DNA of 64,000 bases from Mustelus asterias (taxonomy: Eukaryota): positions 24,614,001-24,678,000 of the forward strand of contig NC_135808.1 in NCBI RefSeq assembly GCF_964213995.1, in the 5' to 3' direction. Position numbers and translations under genes: made by a program. The notes beneath the pieces are model-generated. The model searched no databases, had not been told where the DNA came from, and saw nothing but the letters and a program-made list of their open reading frames with translations. How positions within the stretch are numbered: position 1 is the stretch's first letter; every line of letters begins with the position of its first letter. Shown here one piece after another: positions 63,105-64,000 of the stretch.

Positions 63105-64000
63105 AGGGGAGGAGTGAGCATCGGTGAGTGAGGGGGGAGTGAGAGTCGGTGAGCGAGGGGGGAGTGAGAGTCGGTGAGCGAGGGGGGAGTGAGAGTCGGT
63201 GAGTGAGGGGGGAGTGAGAGTCGGTGAGTGAGGGGGGGAGTGAGAGTCGGTGAGAGAGGGTGGAGTGAGCATCGGTGAGTGAGGGGGGAGTGAGAGTCGG
63301 TGAGTGAGGGTGGAGTGAGAGTCGGTGAGCGAGGGGAGAGTGAGAGTCGGTGAGTGAGGGGGGAGTGAGAGTCGGTGAGTGAGGGGGGAGTGAGAGTCGG
63401 TGAGTGAGGGGGGGAGTAAGAGTCAGTGAGTGAGGGGGGTAGTGAGAGTCGGTGAGAGAGGGTGGAGTGAGAGTCGGTGAGTGAGGGGGGAGTGAGAGTC
63501 GGTGAGTGAGGGGGGGAGTGAGAGTCGGTGAGAGAGGGTGGAGTGAGAGTCGGTGAGTGAGGGGGAATGAGAGTCGGTGAGTGAGGGGGGAGTGGGTGTC
63601 GGAGGGTGAGGGGGGAGTGAGAGTCGGTGAGTGAGGGGGGAGCGAGAGTCGGTGAGTGAGCGGGGAGTGAGAGTCGGTGAGTGAAGGGGGAGGGAGGGTC
63701 GGTGAGTGAGGGGGGAGTGAGAGTTGGTGAGTGAGGGGTGGAGTGAGAGTTGGTGATTGAGGGGGGAGTGAGAGTCGGTGAGTGAGGGGGAACTGAGTCG
63801 TTGTGCGAATGTGAGTGAGGGGGGAGTGGGAGTCGGTGAGTGAGGGGGAACTGAGTCGTTGTGCGAATGTGAGTGAGGGGGGAGTGAGAGTCGGTTAGTG
63901 AGGGGGGAGTAGGAATCAGTGGGTGAGGGAGGAGTGAGTGGGAATCGGTGAGTGAGGGGGGAGTGAGAGTCGGTGAGTGAGGAGGGAGTGAGAGTCGGTG

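Larger units (their letters stand above)
60932..64000 (+). repeat. Expanded 25-bp splice-donor minisatellite in intron 3 of gene D (60932-61790 and 62580-64000), interrupted by LTR fragments and an inversion
   Basis: Same unit as in B and C; runs to the window end. Confidence 0.93.

Overview
Eukaryotic DNA, almost certainly from a shark or ray. The evidence is elasmobranch-type CR1/L2 LINEs, tRNA-headed SINEs, Penelope elements, and class I exons resembling shark UAA/UBA-type sequences as I recall them. The window holds a head-to-tail array of four MHC class I heavy-chain genes on the + strand, with a unit of about 17-19 kb. Gene A shows only its TM and cytoplasmic exons (1758-2803). Gene B is complete, with 7 exons and 343 aa (14721-19702). 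Gene C has a frameshift plus a nonsense codon in alpha3 (32471-43628). Gene D shows leader, alpha1 and alpha2 (51323-60931), with alpha3 beyond the window. The three readable grooves keep 6/8 (C), 3/8 (B) and 0/8 (D) of the canonical peptide-anchoring residues, and D's groove is strongly hydrophobic. Promoter X-Y modules change in parallel: two in C, one in B, none intact in D. Other notable structure: a 25-bp minisatellite built from the alpha2 splice donor with an in-frame stop, a possible intron-4 secreted isoform, a mosaic gene B, Penelope hammerhead ribozymes, a Gmr1-type Gypsy element with an inverted protease, and a ~610-bp fold-back. Residue numbers are by manual alignment to HLA-A2 numbering. 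No database search was run, so lineage and novelty are unverified.
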